Below, one piece after another: positions 20,341 to 30,721 of a stretch of 32,000 bases of DNA (position 1 is the first letter of the stretch; every line of letters begins with the position of its first letter). The DNA is taken from assembly GCA_000166095.1 (NCBI GenBank), contig CP002278.1, positions 480,001 through 512,000 on the forward strand, written 5' to 3'. Source of the DNA: Methanothermus fervidus DSM 2088 (GTDB taxonomy: Archaea; Methanobacteriota; Methanobacteria; DSM-2088; Methanothermaceae). Under the pieces are notes generated by a model. The model saw only the letters and a program-made list of their open reading frames with translations, ran no database searches and was not told the DNA's origin. A program made the position numbers and the translations under genes.

Positions 20341-21495
20341 CTACTCAAGTTGAGTTATCCAATTGCTAATATCATCGTGATCTGCTGTGAGATATTCTTT
20401 TGTGAATGTATTAGCTACTTCACGTAATAATTTTACAGATAATGGATGTAACATCATAAAAAGGTCAACACCGCAAAGCATAGCTGTTAATCCAGTTATT
20501 ATCTCCCAAAGAGGTCCTCGGTAATCAGTAGGTCCCCATTCATCTTTTTTCATCCATGCTTCCCTTGATCCCCAAGCATTCGTAGTTCCTGAAGACATAG
20601 GCATCTGTAAATCTGTATCACCTTTTAATGCAGATAATCTAGTTCTAATCATCACATCAATAGAGAATTCTATTCCATAACCAAGTGCACATGTTGTTGG
20701 ATCCATCACAATATCTTCATGGCTCAATCCTTCTTTAAGTAAATATTTGTTCAGAGTTTTTTGCATGTTTATATCAGTAATGGCCCAAGATAATACAGCA
20801 TGATCATATTCTATTGCAGCTTTAGCAACTCTTTTATAATCTAAATCAAGGTTTGCAGATGCTAAAAGACACCTTTCACCTTCTGCAGCTTCTGCAGCTT
20901 TTTCTAATACGATAGGATCTTTTTTTGGGTCTCCTGACCCTCCTATTACTAAAGGAACATCTACAGCCTGTAAAACTTCTTCTATATCTTTGGCAGCATC
21001 TTTAGGTGATCTATCCATAACTTTAGGGCCTGTACCAATTAAATGAATGGTAACCATGTCTGCTCCATATTCCTTCACAGCTTTTTTTGCCCATTCTCCG
21101 GGGTCGTCCATCACATCTTCAAAATGTTCTCTTATAGGCCGTGGGAGACCAGGCATTGGTATATCAAAAACATCGAATGTAACTACTGGTGGATTTGGTT
21201 GTGGTTCTTCAAACCTATATAATGCTTTTTGACCTCCTAATCTAATTTCTTTCCTATTCTTTCCGCCTCCTAATTTTACTTCATTTATTTTTCCAGGATA
21301 TGATTTTATAGGTGGTTCAAATTCTATTTTTTCTTCTTTTTCAATTTTTTCTTTTCTTTCTTCAACAACTTTTTGAGCTTCTTTTATTACAGGCATTAGT
21401 TGAAGTTCAAGGCTGTCAACTTCAATCTTAAAATTTTCTAATTCAATTGATTCCACATCTTCAAGTAATTTTAAAAGTTTATTTATCTCCTTCAT
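20341..21495 (-). CDS. cdhD: Acetyl-CoA decarbonylase/synthase delta subunit
   Basis: LGGQKALYRFEEPQPNPPVVTFDVFDIP, LIGTGPKVMDRSPKDAAKDIEEVLQAVDVPLVIGGSG and DPTTCALGYGIEFS. Start ATG 21495 with GAGG SD rather than 21519. Confidence 0.96.
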   Translation of the reverse strand: MKEINKLLKLLEDVESIELENFKIEVDSLELQLMPVIKEAQKVVEERKEKIEKEEKIEFEPPIKSYPGKINEVKLGGGKNRKEIRLGGQKALYRFEEPQPNPPVVTFDVFDIPMPGLPRPIREHFEDVMDDPGEWAKKAVKEYGADMVTIHLIGTGPKVMDRSPKDAAKDIEEVLQAVDVPLVIGGSGDPKKDPIVLEKAAEAAEGERCLLASANLDLDYKRVAKAAIEYDHAVLSWAITDINMQKTLNKYLLKEGLSHEDIVMDPTTCALGYGIEFSIDVMIRTRLSALKGDTDLQMPMSSGTTNAWGSREAWMKKDEWGPTDYRGPLWEIITGLTAMLCGVDLFMMLHPLSVKLLREVANTFTKEYLTADHDDISNWITQLE

Positions 21496-21496
21496 T

Positions 21497-22270
21497 TTAA
21501 TTCCTCTTTTCATTTTCAATTGTTAATATTGAATTTAAAATTTTTTTTACAGCCTTTACAGATTTTGCATTTTCAGGTAACTCTATAAGTGGTTTACCTT
21601 CCATATCGTATTTTTCAACTAATGGATCCTCAGGTATTATTCCAATTACTTCTAATCCGCATTTTCTTGCTTTTTGTATTAGTTCATCTTTATATTCTTC
21701 CTTAGCACGGTTTATAATTAAAAAAAGTTTTTTAAATTTAATTTCAAGTTCTTTGGCTAATTCAGCTATTCTTTTTGCAGTCATTATTCCTCGTTGCGAA
21801 GAATCTGTTACAACTAACATTATATCTACGTCTTGCGTTGTTCTCCTACTTAGATGTTCTAAACCTGCCTCAGTATCAATTACTACATAATCATAATTGG
21901 AAGATAGTTCAGCTATTATCTTCCTTAGCATAGTATTAACAGCACAATAACAGCCACTCCCTTCAGGCCTACCCATTACAAGTAAATCAAAATTTTTTGT
22001 TTCAACTAGTACTTCCATAGTCCTATATTCCAAAATACTCCATTTATCAACGCCTGGTGGTATTTTACCAGTGGAAGTTTCTTTTTTTAATTCTTCTCTC
22101 ACATCTCCTAAAGTTTTTTCGTAATTTACTCCCAATGCATCTGCTAAATTTGAATCTGGATCAGCATCGATTGCAAGGATATCTTTTCCAGTTTTAATTA
22201 AATGTCTGATTAAATGAGCAGCCACCATCGTTTTTCCAGTGCCGCCTTTACCACTAACTGCGATTATCAT
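21497..22270 (-). CDS. cooC: CooC/AcsF-type P-loop ATPase (CODH/ACS nickel-insertion accessory)
   Basis: Deviant Walker A AVSGKGGTGKTMVAAHL, IDADPDSNLADALGV, GRPEGSGCYCAVN and DYVVIDTEAGLEHLSRRT. It lies inside the cdh operon. Confidence 0.95.
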   Translation of the reverse strand: MIIAVSGKGGTGKTMVAAHLIRHLIKTGKDILAIDADPDSNLADALGVNYEKTLGDVREELKKETSTGKIPPGVDKWSILEYRTMEVLVETKNFDLLVMGRPEGSGCYCAVNTMLRKIIAELSSNYDYVVIDTEAGLEHLSRRTTQDVDIMLVVTDSSQRGIMTAKRIAELAKELEIKFKKLFLIINRAKEEYKDELIQKARKCGLEVIGIIPEDPLVEKYDMEGKPLIELPENAKSVKAVKKILNSILTIENEKRN

Positions 22271-22277
22271 TAAATCC

Positions 22278-23645
22278 CTATTTTTTCTTTTTTATTATAA
22301 TCTTTTCAGCATATATTTTGGCGTTTTTCAACACAATTCTTACCCCACCAGAGGTTGGCAACGCCAATTCAGGTGCATAAACAGCAGGAGTTTCTTCTGC
22401 TTCTTCTTTTTCTTCTTTTTTTTCCTTTGTAACTTCTTTTTCTTCTTTCCATCTTTTTACAATTGGATGTCCTTTCTCTTTTAAAAATTCTTTTATTTCT
22501 TCTATTGTAACAGCTTCTTCTTCTGTCGGTATTTTATCTCTCAATTCCTCTGGTATGAAATCAAATACCATTTCCTTGATTTCTTTTGGCATCCATACAA
22601 TTCTTTCGTATCCACCATCAGCCCTTAAAAATTTTGGTGATCGCATATATTCAATAGATAAGCCACAAAAACCTTCAACTTGTTTTCCACCAGAACATTG
22701 ACCGGCCATGGTTGAAAATGGTATACCTAATGGTGTTTCTCCTTTGTAATTCCTATGTACAATGCCTATACCATCCAATTCAGGTATGTAAAATGCTATT
22801 GCTTCAAAACATCCGCAAGAAGTATGAGGATATTCAAAAACACTGTGTAAATATACTTTTTCTATTGTACCTTGTGATTTTTCCAGTACTGCATCATTTG
22901 CACCACTATATTCACCCCTAATTTCATCTATAACTTCCCCCTTTTCTACTTCGAATATAGGACCCTCAGGATCTATTTTATGTGCGGCCCTACAATCAAA
23001 CCAATTCATGGCACCACATAATGCAGGCCTGTCAGGAGTTACTATACAAACATGAGTGGGTGCAAAAGATTGGCACATCACACAACCATAAAATACATCT
23101 ACATCTTCTTCTGAAAGTTCTCTTACTCGAGCATCTCTTTTTTCATATACTTTACGTGCCTCTTCTACAAATTCTTTCACTTTTTCTTCATCAGTGATTA
23201 AAGTTACAGATATTTTATCTATAATATTGAATTCTTCTTTGAATAATGCAATTAGTACTTCTCCTAAATGTTTCAATCTAAATCCAGCTTCCTTTGCCTC
23301 TACACTAACTCTACACCAAATTTGATCTCTCTGATTTAAATGCATAAATCCTTGAACATAATTGCATAATTCATGTATTTTTCTTTCTATAACTCCTTCA
23401 AGGTCTTCTTCAAGGTCTTTTCCAGCTATTTCAATTTTTATACCAAATGGATGCCTCTCACCTTGTTTCATTTCGTCAAGATCGGGGCCAATAACTTTTA
23501 TTCTGCCATCTTCCACATCCTCTTTAACTCTTACAAGTTCTGCACCTATGGATTTTGGACCTGCCAGCTCAACAAACATGTTAGCTGATCTTATTCTTTC
23601 ACCCTCGTATGCTGCTCCAACATTCACTGGTATGTTTTCAAACAT
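22278..23645 (-). CDS. cdhC: Acetyl-CoA decarbonylase/synthase beta subunit (acetyl-CoA synthase, A-cluster)
   Basis: YGCVMCQSFAPTHVCIVTPDRPALCGA, FEYPHTSCGCFEAIAFYIPE (A-cluster Cys) and TMAGQCSGGKQVEGFCG. Confidence 0.97.
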   Translation of the reverse strand: MFENIPVNVGAAYEGERIRSANMFVELAGPKSIGAELVRVKEDVEDGRIKVIGPDLDEMKQGERHPFGIKIEIAGKDLEEDLEGVIERKIHELCNYVQGFMHLNQRDQIWCRVSVEAKEAGFRLKHLGEVLIALFKEEFNIIDKISVTLITDEEKVKEFVEEARKVYEKRDARVRELSEEDVDVFYGCVMCQSFAPTHVCIVTPDRPALCGAMNWFDCRAAHKIDPEGPIFEVEKGEVIDEIRGEYSGANDAVLEKSQGTIEKVYLHSVFEYPHTSCGCFEAIAFYIPELDGIGIVHRNYKGETPLGIPFSTMAGQCSGGKQVEGFCGLSIEYMRSPKFLRADGGYERIVWMPKEIKEMVFDFIPEELRDKIPTEEEAVTIEEIKEFLKEKGHPIVKRWKEEKEVTKEKKEEKEEAEETPAVYAPELALPTSGGVRIVLKNAKIYAEKIIIKKKK

Positions 23646-23658
23646 TTAGATCCCCTAA

Positions 23659-24138
23659 TTAGCTTTCTAATATTTTTTTAAGATATTTTAACCATCTTCT
23701 ATTATCCATATTAGGAAAAGATGCATATGCATTTGGATAATAATGTTTACATATAGTAATAGTCTTAATATGTGGGGCAAAATGTTTTAATGATGATAAA
23801 CATTGTAACAAAACATTGTAATTACATCCAATAAAAATCACTAGATTGTATTGACCTTTGCCATCTAAACCTTTCCATTGTTTGTCTTGAAGTAAATTCA
23901 CAATTTCAACTAACCCATAGGCCTTTGCTTCAACATTTTTTTCGGCAAAAAATTTGTAAGTATTTGCAGTAGCAACTACAGGTAAATTCCATCGTTTTAT
24001 TATATTAATCACTAAATCTAATACAGAATTTTCTATTACTAATGGACCTGCAACTAACAAAGGTCTATCAAATCTTTTTAACATCGATTTAAAAGTTTCA
24101 GGCTTCAATCTCATTGCATTTTTCCTAATGGTATACAC
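23659..24138 (-). CDS. cdhB: Acetyl-CoA decarbonylase/synthase epsilon subunit
   Basis: Position between cdhA and cdhC; FDRPLLVAGPLV, LPVVATANTYKFF, LVIFIGCNYNVLLQCLSSLKHFAPHIKTITICKHYYPNA (GVTYYYASQ-type CdhB pattern). Confidence 0.9.
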   Translation of the reverse strand: MYTIRKNAMRLKPETFKSMLKRFDRPLLVAGPLVIENSVLDLVINIIKRWNLPVVATANTYKFFAEKNVEAKAYGLVEIVNLLQDKQWKGLDGKGQYNLVIFIGCNYNVLLQCLSSLKHFAPHIKTITICKHYYPNAYASFPNMDNRRWLKYLKKILES

Positions 24139-24144
24139 CTCTCT

Positions 24145-26469
24145 TTATGGATACCTATAGTGTAAACATGAGGGTTCAGATGGTGCTTTACGTGGTTTCC
24201 AATTCTTTTTCTTTAAAAATTCCATTACTTCTTTCTTATGAACTATGGGTATATCTTTCTCAGTTCTGACAAATTTATGGACATCTGGTGGCATTCTACC
24301 GTAATGCTTTTTATATAAATCAATATAATTGTTCAATTTTGTCTGTCTTCCTCTTGGAGTATCATTTGGTCTTATACATAACTTTGCTATGAGTGGTTCA
24401 GCTTCTTCCCTAGTTTCTGCAACATAGAGTAAATGTTCTGGTGCAGGTTCCCCATCTATTTTCTTTTTTGACCTCAAATCGATTATTTGTCTAGATTCTT
24501 TATCATGTGTCCTTCCTAACAATATTCTTCTATATTTAAGTGAATGAGGGCCAAGTATTACAGGTATTCCCCATCTATTTAACCCTGTAAAAATAGCTGC
24601 TGCTTTTTGAGAATATGCACCCCAAGCAACGCCACATACACCTATTCTATTTAATATATAATCAGCTATTTCCTCAAAATTACCTTTTAGTGGTTTTCGT
24701 GCAAATATATTGGCAATTTTTATAGCAGCTCCTGAAGCATGTGCATTAGAAATACAAGATCCAAGATTCACAAGCCCACCTGCTTCAAATCTTGCAGGAT
24801 ATTTTTCATACAATGTTTTGCCATCTTCGTCCTTAAACTCAGCAATTGACATTGCTGAACATCCAGTAGTTACAACTATGTAATTTCTTTTTAAAAATTC
24901 CTCGGCCATCAATGCAACATCTTTCCCACCTTTTGGATAATTACTACATCCAACAAATGCTATTACGCCAGGAATTTCTCCGAATACAATGGGTGCTCCA
25001 ACTCTCCTTATCTCTACGTCCTGTACAGGACCTCTACCAGCTCTTATTTTAAATTTTTCCTTTTTTACGAATCTTTCTCCAGCCTTCGTTATCATTGAAA
25101 CAATGGGAAGATTTCTTTTGCAGACTTGTTCACAACGTCCACAAGTGTAACATAATTCGATACATAATTTTTCTAATTTAGATAAATCACCTTTACTTGC
25201 AGAAACAATGGCATCCATAACCGGAAAATTATTTGGACATGCTTTATCACATAATCCACATTTTATACATTTTTTAGCTTTTTCAATAATCTCTTTTTCG
25301 TCAAGTAATCTTTTTATATTTTTTCTTAATTTAGATACTTTTATTGCAGCTTTAACTGCCACTTCGCCAACTTTCTTTGGATCAAGTATTAATGCACCTT
25401 TTATTTCTCTTTTAACTAATTTAGAAACTATTACATCCGGATCTTCCTTTGTCATATCTGGTAAGCCAAGACATATTTTATCTGTGGTAGCTATAACTAA
25501 AGAATCCTTTTTGAGGGCCTCATCTAGTATGTCAGCACGAACACATTGCTCATCAACTATAACTACATCAGCTATACCACTTCTTATAAACCTAAGTTGT
25601 TTAGATAATGGTCCAACAATTTTTGCACTGCTATTATATCTACTCATGTCAATAGCAGTGCAACATATCCCACAAACCTCTACTTTATCTTCTAAATTAT
25701 TTTCCTCAAGGTAATCGATAATATCAGCGCCAGGAAGGACATTGTGACCTACACAAAGTATCACGGGTTTTTCTTTATCAATAGTTCCAAGTCCTAAATC
25801 TATAAGTTCTGTGTCTTCTTCTCCTTTTGGTAAATTTAAAGTGACTATTTGGCAGATATCAGCTACTTCTTTTGCAACTTCATCCATTAATCCTGCATGG
25901 AAAGCTTTTGACTCATAATCAAGATGATTTCCTTCTTGCCCAGTGTGGCATGCTGCTAATAAATGAGACATTTCTTTTTCAACATATTCAATAACTTTTT
26001 TAAGATCTCCCAAAACCTTTGGTTCTTTTCCATAAACAGTTCTAATGATGGGGGCCTCAACATTAATATTATTTCCAAGATCTATAGGGTGATCATGCCC
26101 AAATTCTTCAATTAGATTATCTAGAAGATGCCTTGCATGTGCAGCGTGTGCAGCAGTACCCATAAGGCATGTCAGTAACATCATTCTCGCTTGTTGTGTT
26201 TTAGCATTTATTCCACATGCTCCTTCTTTTCCTAATAAATCACATTTTCCAAAAGTACATAAACAACATTCATCACAGAGTGGAGCATATAATGGTTTAT
26301 AACGACTTAATAATACATAATCCCATTTCCTAAAATCAGCTAAATTAGGTTTGGGAGTAGGACCTTTTAAAATTTCTTCTTCAGCCTCCGTAATTATTTT
26401 TCCAATTGATATTTGAATATTATTAATTTTTAGTGCATTTTTTATGAGATTATTTTTTTCAGATGCCAT
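24145..26469 (-). CDS. cdhA: Acetyl-CoA decarbonylase/synthase alpha subunit (Ni-Fe-S carbon monoxide dehydrogenase)
   Basis: [24 protein letters not shown], two ferredoxin motifs ([27 protein letters not shown]), [12 protein letters not shown] and [15 protein letters not shown] 26469 (MASEK); GTGAGGA SD just upstream. Confidence 0.97.
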   Translation of the reverse strand: MASEKNNLIKNALKINNIQISIGKIITEAEEEILKGPTPKPNLADFRKWDYVLLSRYKPLYAPLCDECCLCTFGKCDLLGKEGACGINAKTQQARMMLLTCLMGTAAHAAHARHLLDNLIEEFGHDHPIDLGNNINVEAPIIRTVYGKEPKVLGDLKKVIEYVEKEMSHLLAACHTGQEGNHLDYESKAFHAGLMDEVAKEVADICQIVTLNLPKGEEDTELIDLGLGTIDKEKPVILCVGHNVLPGADIIDYLEENNLEDKVEVCGICCTAIDMSRYNSSAKIVGPLSKQLRFIRSGIADVVIVDEQCVRADILDEALKKDSLVIATTDKICLGLPDMTKEDPDVIVSKLVKREIKGALILDPKKVGEVAVKAAIKVSKLRKNIKRLLDEKEIIEKAKKCIKCGLCDKACPNNFPVMDAIVSASKGDLSKLEKLCIELCYTCGRCEQVCKRNLPIVSMITKAGERFVKKEKFKIRAGRGPVQDVEIRRVGAPIVFGEIPGVIAFVGCSNYPKGGKDVALMAEEFLKRNYIVVTTGCSAMSIAEFKDEDGKTLYEKYPARFEAGGLVNLGSCISNAHASGAAIKIANIFARKPLKGNFEEIADYILNRIGVCGVAWGAYSQKAAAIFTGLNRWGIPVILGPHSLKYRRILLGRTHDKESRQIIDLRSKKKIDGEPAPEHLLYVAETREEAEPLIAKLCIRPNDTPRGRQTKLNNYIDLYKKHYGRMPPDVHKFVRTEKDIPIVHKKEVMEFLKKKNWKPRKAPSEPSCLHYRYP

Positions 26470-26489
26470 ATTCCTCACAATTTTTAATG

Positions 26490-26507
26490 ATTTATAATGA
26501 TTTATAA
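26490..26507 (-). promoter_or_regulatory. Tandem TATA-like elements upstream of the cdhA operon
   Basis: Minus strand reads TTATAAATcaTTATAAAT, two identical 8-mers in 10-bp register, 21-38 nt upstream of the cdhA start codon. Confidence 0.45.
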
Positions 26508-26643
26508 TGCTGTTTTTACTTAAGTCATAACTATTATATGAAGTTATTGGTTCTAAATTTAGTAATATGTAAATTTAGTTGAGTATTACAAAGAATATGA
26601 ATTTTGTAAAACTTATCTTAAAATATAAAAATTGGTGATAATT

Positions 26644-28356
26644 TTGAAAGTTCTAAAAAGATTGATACATGTTTCTTTAGGAAGGAAAAACGCTGATTTG
26701 GTTTTAAAAAATTGTAATGTTTTTAATAGTTTTACTGGTGAATTTATAGAGGGAGATATTGCCATAACTTCTGGATATATAGCAGGAGTTGGTAAATATT
26801 CAGGAAAAAAAGAAATTAATCTTGATAATGCATATGTAACACCTGGATTTATCGATGGCCATGTACATATTGAAAGTTCGATGGTATCTCCACTAGAATT
26901 TGCTAAAGCAGTAGTACCTCTAGGAACATTGACAGCAATAATAGATCCTCACGAAATTGCCAATGTTTTAGGGGAAGAAGGTATAAAGTACATATTAAAT
27001 TCAACAAAAGATCTACCAATGAATATTTATGTTATGTTACCTTCTTGTGTACCAGCCACATCATTAGAAACATCTGGATCAAGATTAACTGCAGAAAATC
27101 TGAAAAAATTTATTGATCACCCAAGGGTTTTAGGTTTAGGAGAATTAATGGATTATGAAGGTGTGTTAGAAACATCGGAAGAAATATTAAAAAAAATAGA
27201 AATCGCCAAAAACAAAATAGTCGATGGACATGCGCCTGGCCTTAAAGGGAAAAAGATAAATGCTTACGCATCTGCAGGAATAAAATCTGACCATGAATGT
27301 ATCAATGTTGAAGAAGCAAAGGATAGATTACTTTGTGGAATGTATTTAATGATAAGAGAAGGATCTGTAGCAAAAAATTTAAAAGATCTTTTACCAGTTG
27401 TAAATGAAAATACTGTCCATCGATGTTTTTTTGTAACTGATGATCGCAATCCTGAAGATATCATTGAACTAGGATCAATAAATCATATGATTAAAATTGC
27501 TGTAGATTATGGTATAGATATTTCTAAAGCCCTTCAGATGGCTACAATAAACGCTGCTAATTATTTTAGGCTTGATAAACTAGGTGCAATAGCACCAGGA
27601 TATATAGCTGACATATTAGTTTTTGAAGATTTCAAAGAGTTTAAACCTAAAATTGTTTTTAAGGATGGTAAATTAGTTGCTAAAAATGGTAAAATTATTT
27701 CAAAAATTAAAACAAAGACAGAAAAAATTGGAAATACAATGAAAGTAAAGGAACCAAAAGAAAGTAAGTTAAAAGTGCCAGCAAAATCTGAAAAAGCATA
27801 TGTAATTGGCCTTGTCCCTGGTCAACTTATTACTAAAAAACTTAAGATGAAATTACCAATCAAAGATGGCTATTTTAGACCTTCACCAAGTAAAGATGTT
27901 GTAAAGTTAGCAGTTTTTGAAAGACATAAATATACAGGAAATGTAGGTGTCGGATTCTTACATGGTCTTGGTCTTAAAAAAGGAGCAATAGCCTCTACAG
28001 TTGCACATGATTCTCATAACATAGTTGTGGCTGGAGTCAAAGATGAAGATATTTTATTAGCCGTAAAAGAATTAATAAGAATGAGTGGTGGGATAGTAGT
28101 AGTAGAGGAAGGAAAAGTTAAAGGCTCTTTGCCATTGCCAATAGCTGGATTGATGTCAGATAAAAAAATTCATAACGTTTACTCAAAATTAAAAAAACTA
28201 AAAAAATTATGCCTGGAGTTAGGAATTCATCATTACAACCCATTTATGGTGTTATCTTTCATGAGTTTACCAGTTATACCTGAAATTAGACTCACAGATA
28301 AAGGTTTAGTCGATGTAAATACCTCATCAATAATATCTGTGTCAGTCAAAGAATAA
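26644..28356 (+). CDS. ade: Adenine deaminase
   Basis: PGFIDGHVHIESSMVSP, AIIDPHEIANV, DGHAPGLKGKKINAYASAGIKSDHE, and a C-terminal HDSHNI motif. TTG 26644 follows GGTGATAAT; ORF opens at 26632. Confidence 0.96.
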   Translation: MKVLKRLIHVSLGRKNADLVLKNCNVFNSFTGEFIEGDIAITSGYIAGVGKYSGKKEINLDNAYVTPGFIDGHVHIESSMVSPLEFAKAVVPLGTLTAIIDPHEIANVLGEEGIKYILNSTKDLPMNIYVMLPSCVPATSLETSGSRLTAENLKKFIDHPRVLGLGELMDYEGVLETSEEILKKIEIAKNKIVDGHAPGLKGKKINAYASAGIKSDHECINVEEAKDRLLCGMYLMIREGSVAKNLKDLLPVVNENTVHRCFFVTDDRNPEDIIELGSINHMIKIAVDYGIDISKALQMATINAANYFRLDKLGAIAPGYIADILVFEDFKEFKPKIVFKDGKLVAKNGKIISKIKTKTEKIGNTMKVKEPKESKLKVPAKSEKAYVIGLVPGQLITKKLKMKLPIKDGYFRPSPSKDVVKLAVFERHKYTGNVGVGFLHGLGLKKGAIASTVAHDSHNIVVAGVKDEDILLAVKELIRMSGGIVVVEEGKVKGSLPLPIAGLMSDKKIHNVYSKLKKLKKLCLELGIHHYNPFMVLSFMSLPVIPEIRLTDKGLVDVNTSSIISVSVKE

Positions 28357-28359
28357 GAT

Positions 28360-28704
28360 TTATTTTAGCTTTTCTTCAGCTTTTGCAGCACATGTAGTCA
28401 TTCTATTCAATACATCTCTAATATTCTCTTTTACCATATCATAATTTTTTGAATTAAAATTCTCTAAACAACTTTCAATTTTTTCTGATGATTCCTCAAA
28501 ATATTTTTCTGCCCAAGGTATTCCAGAACATATGTTCATACCTAATTTGATTTCTTTTTCACATCCTTTTATAATCTCTAACATAAGTCTTTCAAGATCT
28601 TTAGATTTGTTTAAATTAATGTATACATCAAATATTCTAAATAACTCCAACAAGAATGCTTTTGCTCTATCAGCATAATGAAAAACAAGTATCTCCTCTT
28701 TCAT
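28360..28704 (-). CDS. Uncharacterised small helical protein, third gene of the MoxR/VWA block
   Basis: 114-aa ORF, charged helical composition, co-oriented 22 nt downstream of the VWA gene. No recognised family. Confidence 0.6.
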   Translation of the reverse strand: MKEEILVFHYADRAKAFLLELFRIFDVYINLNKSKDLERLMLEIIKGCEKEIKLGMNICSGIPWAEKYFEESSEKIESCLENFNSKNYDMVKENIRDVLNRMTTCAAKAEEKLK

Positions 28705-28725
28705 CTTATCCCTACTTATATTTTG

Positions 28726-29838
28726 TTACAATTCTTCTATTACTCCTGCCAGTTGTCTTAAAGTTCTAACTTCTTTAACTATGGCTCCCATCTCTCTATA
28801 ATATGAAACACAACTATCTACAACATCCCATTTATTTTTTGGTTCTGGATTTAAAATTATCACGCCTTTACTTTTTTTACACATTTCATGTATTAGTTTT
28901 GCACTCATTGGAAAATTTTTTATTCTTGGACCTGCCCAATCACGACAATCACTGAGTATGATTATATATGATTTTTTATCGATTCTAACTTTTTTAAGGA
29001 AGTCTTTAAATGCTAGATACATGTTTGATATGCCATGTACCATCATGTTTTTCTGTCTTAAATCTCTTATTTTTGCGAATGCATCCAATATATTATCTTC
29101 TTTTAAAGCTTCTGTTGTTTCAATTATTTTATTATCAAAATCATAAAACTTTGACCTATAAAAAGTGTGTTGTGCAGCATAAATAATGCAGAAAAACCAA
29201 CTACTTACCCATTCACAAGATCCACTTACATCGCAAAGAAAAATATGCTGACTACGTTTAACACGAGGCTTTGATTTAACTAATTCTAACAATACTCCTC
29301 CATGTTTTATATTTTTACGTATACTTTTTCTTATATCTGGTTTACCTTGTTTATCTATCCTTAACCTTCTTGATCTTTTATTAGCGATTTTTATCCCTAA
29401 TTTTTTACATAAATCAAATAATTTTGGATTAAATTGTAATGTTGTCACATCTCTATCTAAAAGAGATATTTCATCAGAATTAAAATCATTAATTTCTTCC
29501 AATCTAGGTCCAAATTCTATGATTTCTTCATCAGGTATATTTTCAGACGTATCTTTAATTTTTACTGTATTTTGTGTAAAAACGAATTCTTTAATAGTTT
29601 TTGAGTCTTTTGAACTTTTCTTTTCTTTTGAATTTAAATTTTCAAAAACTTCTTTAAATGCTTCTTCAAACAATTTTTCCTGACTTTTATCTTTTACATA
29701 AATTGCCTTCAACGCTTTCTTTAATAATCTTTTTTTTCTCTTAAAAATATTATAAGCTCTGTAAGCGTCCTTCGTACTTCTTATACTTACAGGAATTCCT
29801 TTTTCTCTTAATTTATTTGATAAATCAATAATTTTCAT
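28726..29838 (-). CDS. VWA domain-containing CoxE-like protein
   Basis: [13 protein letters not shown], followed by [17 protein letters not shown]; translationally overlapped with the MoxR ATPase gene. Confidence 0.88.
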   Translation of the reverse strand: MKIIDLSNKLREKGIPVSIRSTKDAYRAYNIFKRKKRLLKKALKAIYVKDKSQEKLFEEAFKEVFENLNSKEKKSSKDSKTIKEFVFTQNTVKIKDTSENIPDEEIIEFGPRLEEINDFNSDEISLLDRDVTTLQFNPKLFDLCKKLGIKIANKRSRRLRIDKQGKPDIRKSIRKNIKHGGVLLELVKSKPRVKRSQHIFLCDVSGSCEWVSSWFFCIIYAAQHTFYRSKFYDFDNKIIETTEALKEDNILDAFAKIRDLRQKNMMVHGISNMYLAFKDFLKKVRIDKKSYIIILSDCRDWAGPRIKNFPMSAKLIHEMCKKSKGVIILNPEPKNKWDVVDSCVSYYREMGAIVKEVRTLRQLAGVIEEL

Positions 29839-30686
29839 AGGATCTTAGCAAGATTTGATTTAACTTTTTCTTTATCACTTTTGTATTTTAAAAACACGCC
29901 TAAAATATTTTCAATTAAATCCTTGTCCAATTTTTTCTTATTTAATTTCAAAATGGTTTTTGTTAAATCTACTGTTGCCCTAATTGAGGGTTTCTTAATT
30001 AAGTTTAATTCTCTTATTTTTTGTATTATTTCTACTACTTGCTTAATTAAAGAATTTGGAGCTTCGGGAACATGAGATTTTACAATTTCCATTTCTCTTT
30101 CTGGTGAAGGATAATCAATATATAAATAAAGGCAACGATCTTTTGTTTCATCAAGTAAATTTCTTTGAGAATTTGACGTTAAAAATACCATTAAATCATT
30201 TTTTAATTCAAAGGTTCCTAAATCATTAATAGTTATTTGTTTTTCACCAAGAGCTTGTAATAAAAAACTTTCAACTTCTTCATCAGCCTTATCTATTTCA
30301 TCTATTAAAACTACAGACGGTTTTTTGTTTAGAAATGCCAATAACAATGGTCTTTTAATAAAAAATTCATCACTAAATACATCCTCTTCTGTTCCATAAA
30401 TTCTTGCCTTTTCTAAATGAAGTAGCTGTTTTTGATAATTCCATTCCCCAACAATTTGTTCAAAGGTAATACCGTCATAGCATTGAATCCTGAAAAAATC
30501 TCTATTAAGGGCTTGTGCAAATTTTTTTGCTAATTCTGTTTTACCTGTTCCTGGAGGACCTTCAATTAAAATAGGTTTATTTAATTCCATAGCCAAAAAT
30601 AATGTTATTAGTATGTCTTCACTTGGTACATATCCTTCTTTTCTCAGCAACTTATTTAATTTTTCTAAAGATACTTTGTTTGACAT
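29835..30686 (-). CDS. MoxR-family AAA+ ATPase
   Basis: Walker [20 protein letters not shown], Walker [25 protein letters not shown], sensor [11 protein letters not shown]. Confidence 0.93.
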   Translation of the reverse strand: MSNKVSLEKLNKLLRKEGYVPSEDILITLFLAMELNKPILIEGPPGTGKTELAKKFAQALNRDFFRIQCYDGITFEQIVGEWNYQKQLLHLEKARIYGTEEDVFSDEFFIKRPLLLAFLNKKPSVVLIDEIDKADEEVESFLLQALGEKQITINDLGTFELKNDLMVFLTSNSQRNLLDETKDRCLYLYIDYPSPEREMEIVKSHVPEAPNSLIKQVVEIIQKIRELNLIKKPSIRATVDLTKTILKLNKKKLDKDLIENILGVFLKYKSDKEKVKSNLAKIL

Positions 30687-30721
30687 TTTATTTGCCTCAC
30701 ATCATACAACATTACTTCAAT

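Noticed and set aside
22239-22484. Plus-strand ORF with a long poly-Phe run (FFFFFFFFFFLCNFFFFF)
   Set aside because: Mirror image of the Lys/Glu-rich C-terminal linker of CdhC on the minus strand; it is a composition artefact.
25208-25714. 168-aa plus-strand ORF opposite cdhA
   Set aside because: Long only because cdhA codon usage leaves the complement open; Ser/Phe/Leu-rich with no motif.
28726-30686. Possibility that the CoxD/CoxE-like (MoxR/VWA) pair marks an aerobic Mo-type CO dehydrogenase
   Set aside because: No coxS/coxM/coxL genes here; the CODH in this window is the Ni-Fe-S type and is separated by the ade gene on the opposite strand.
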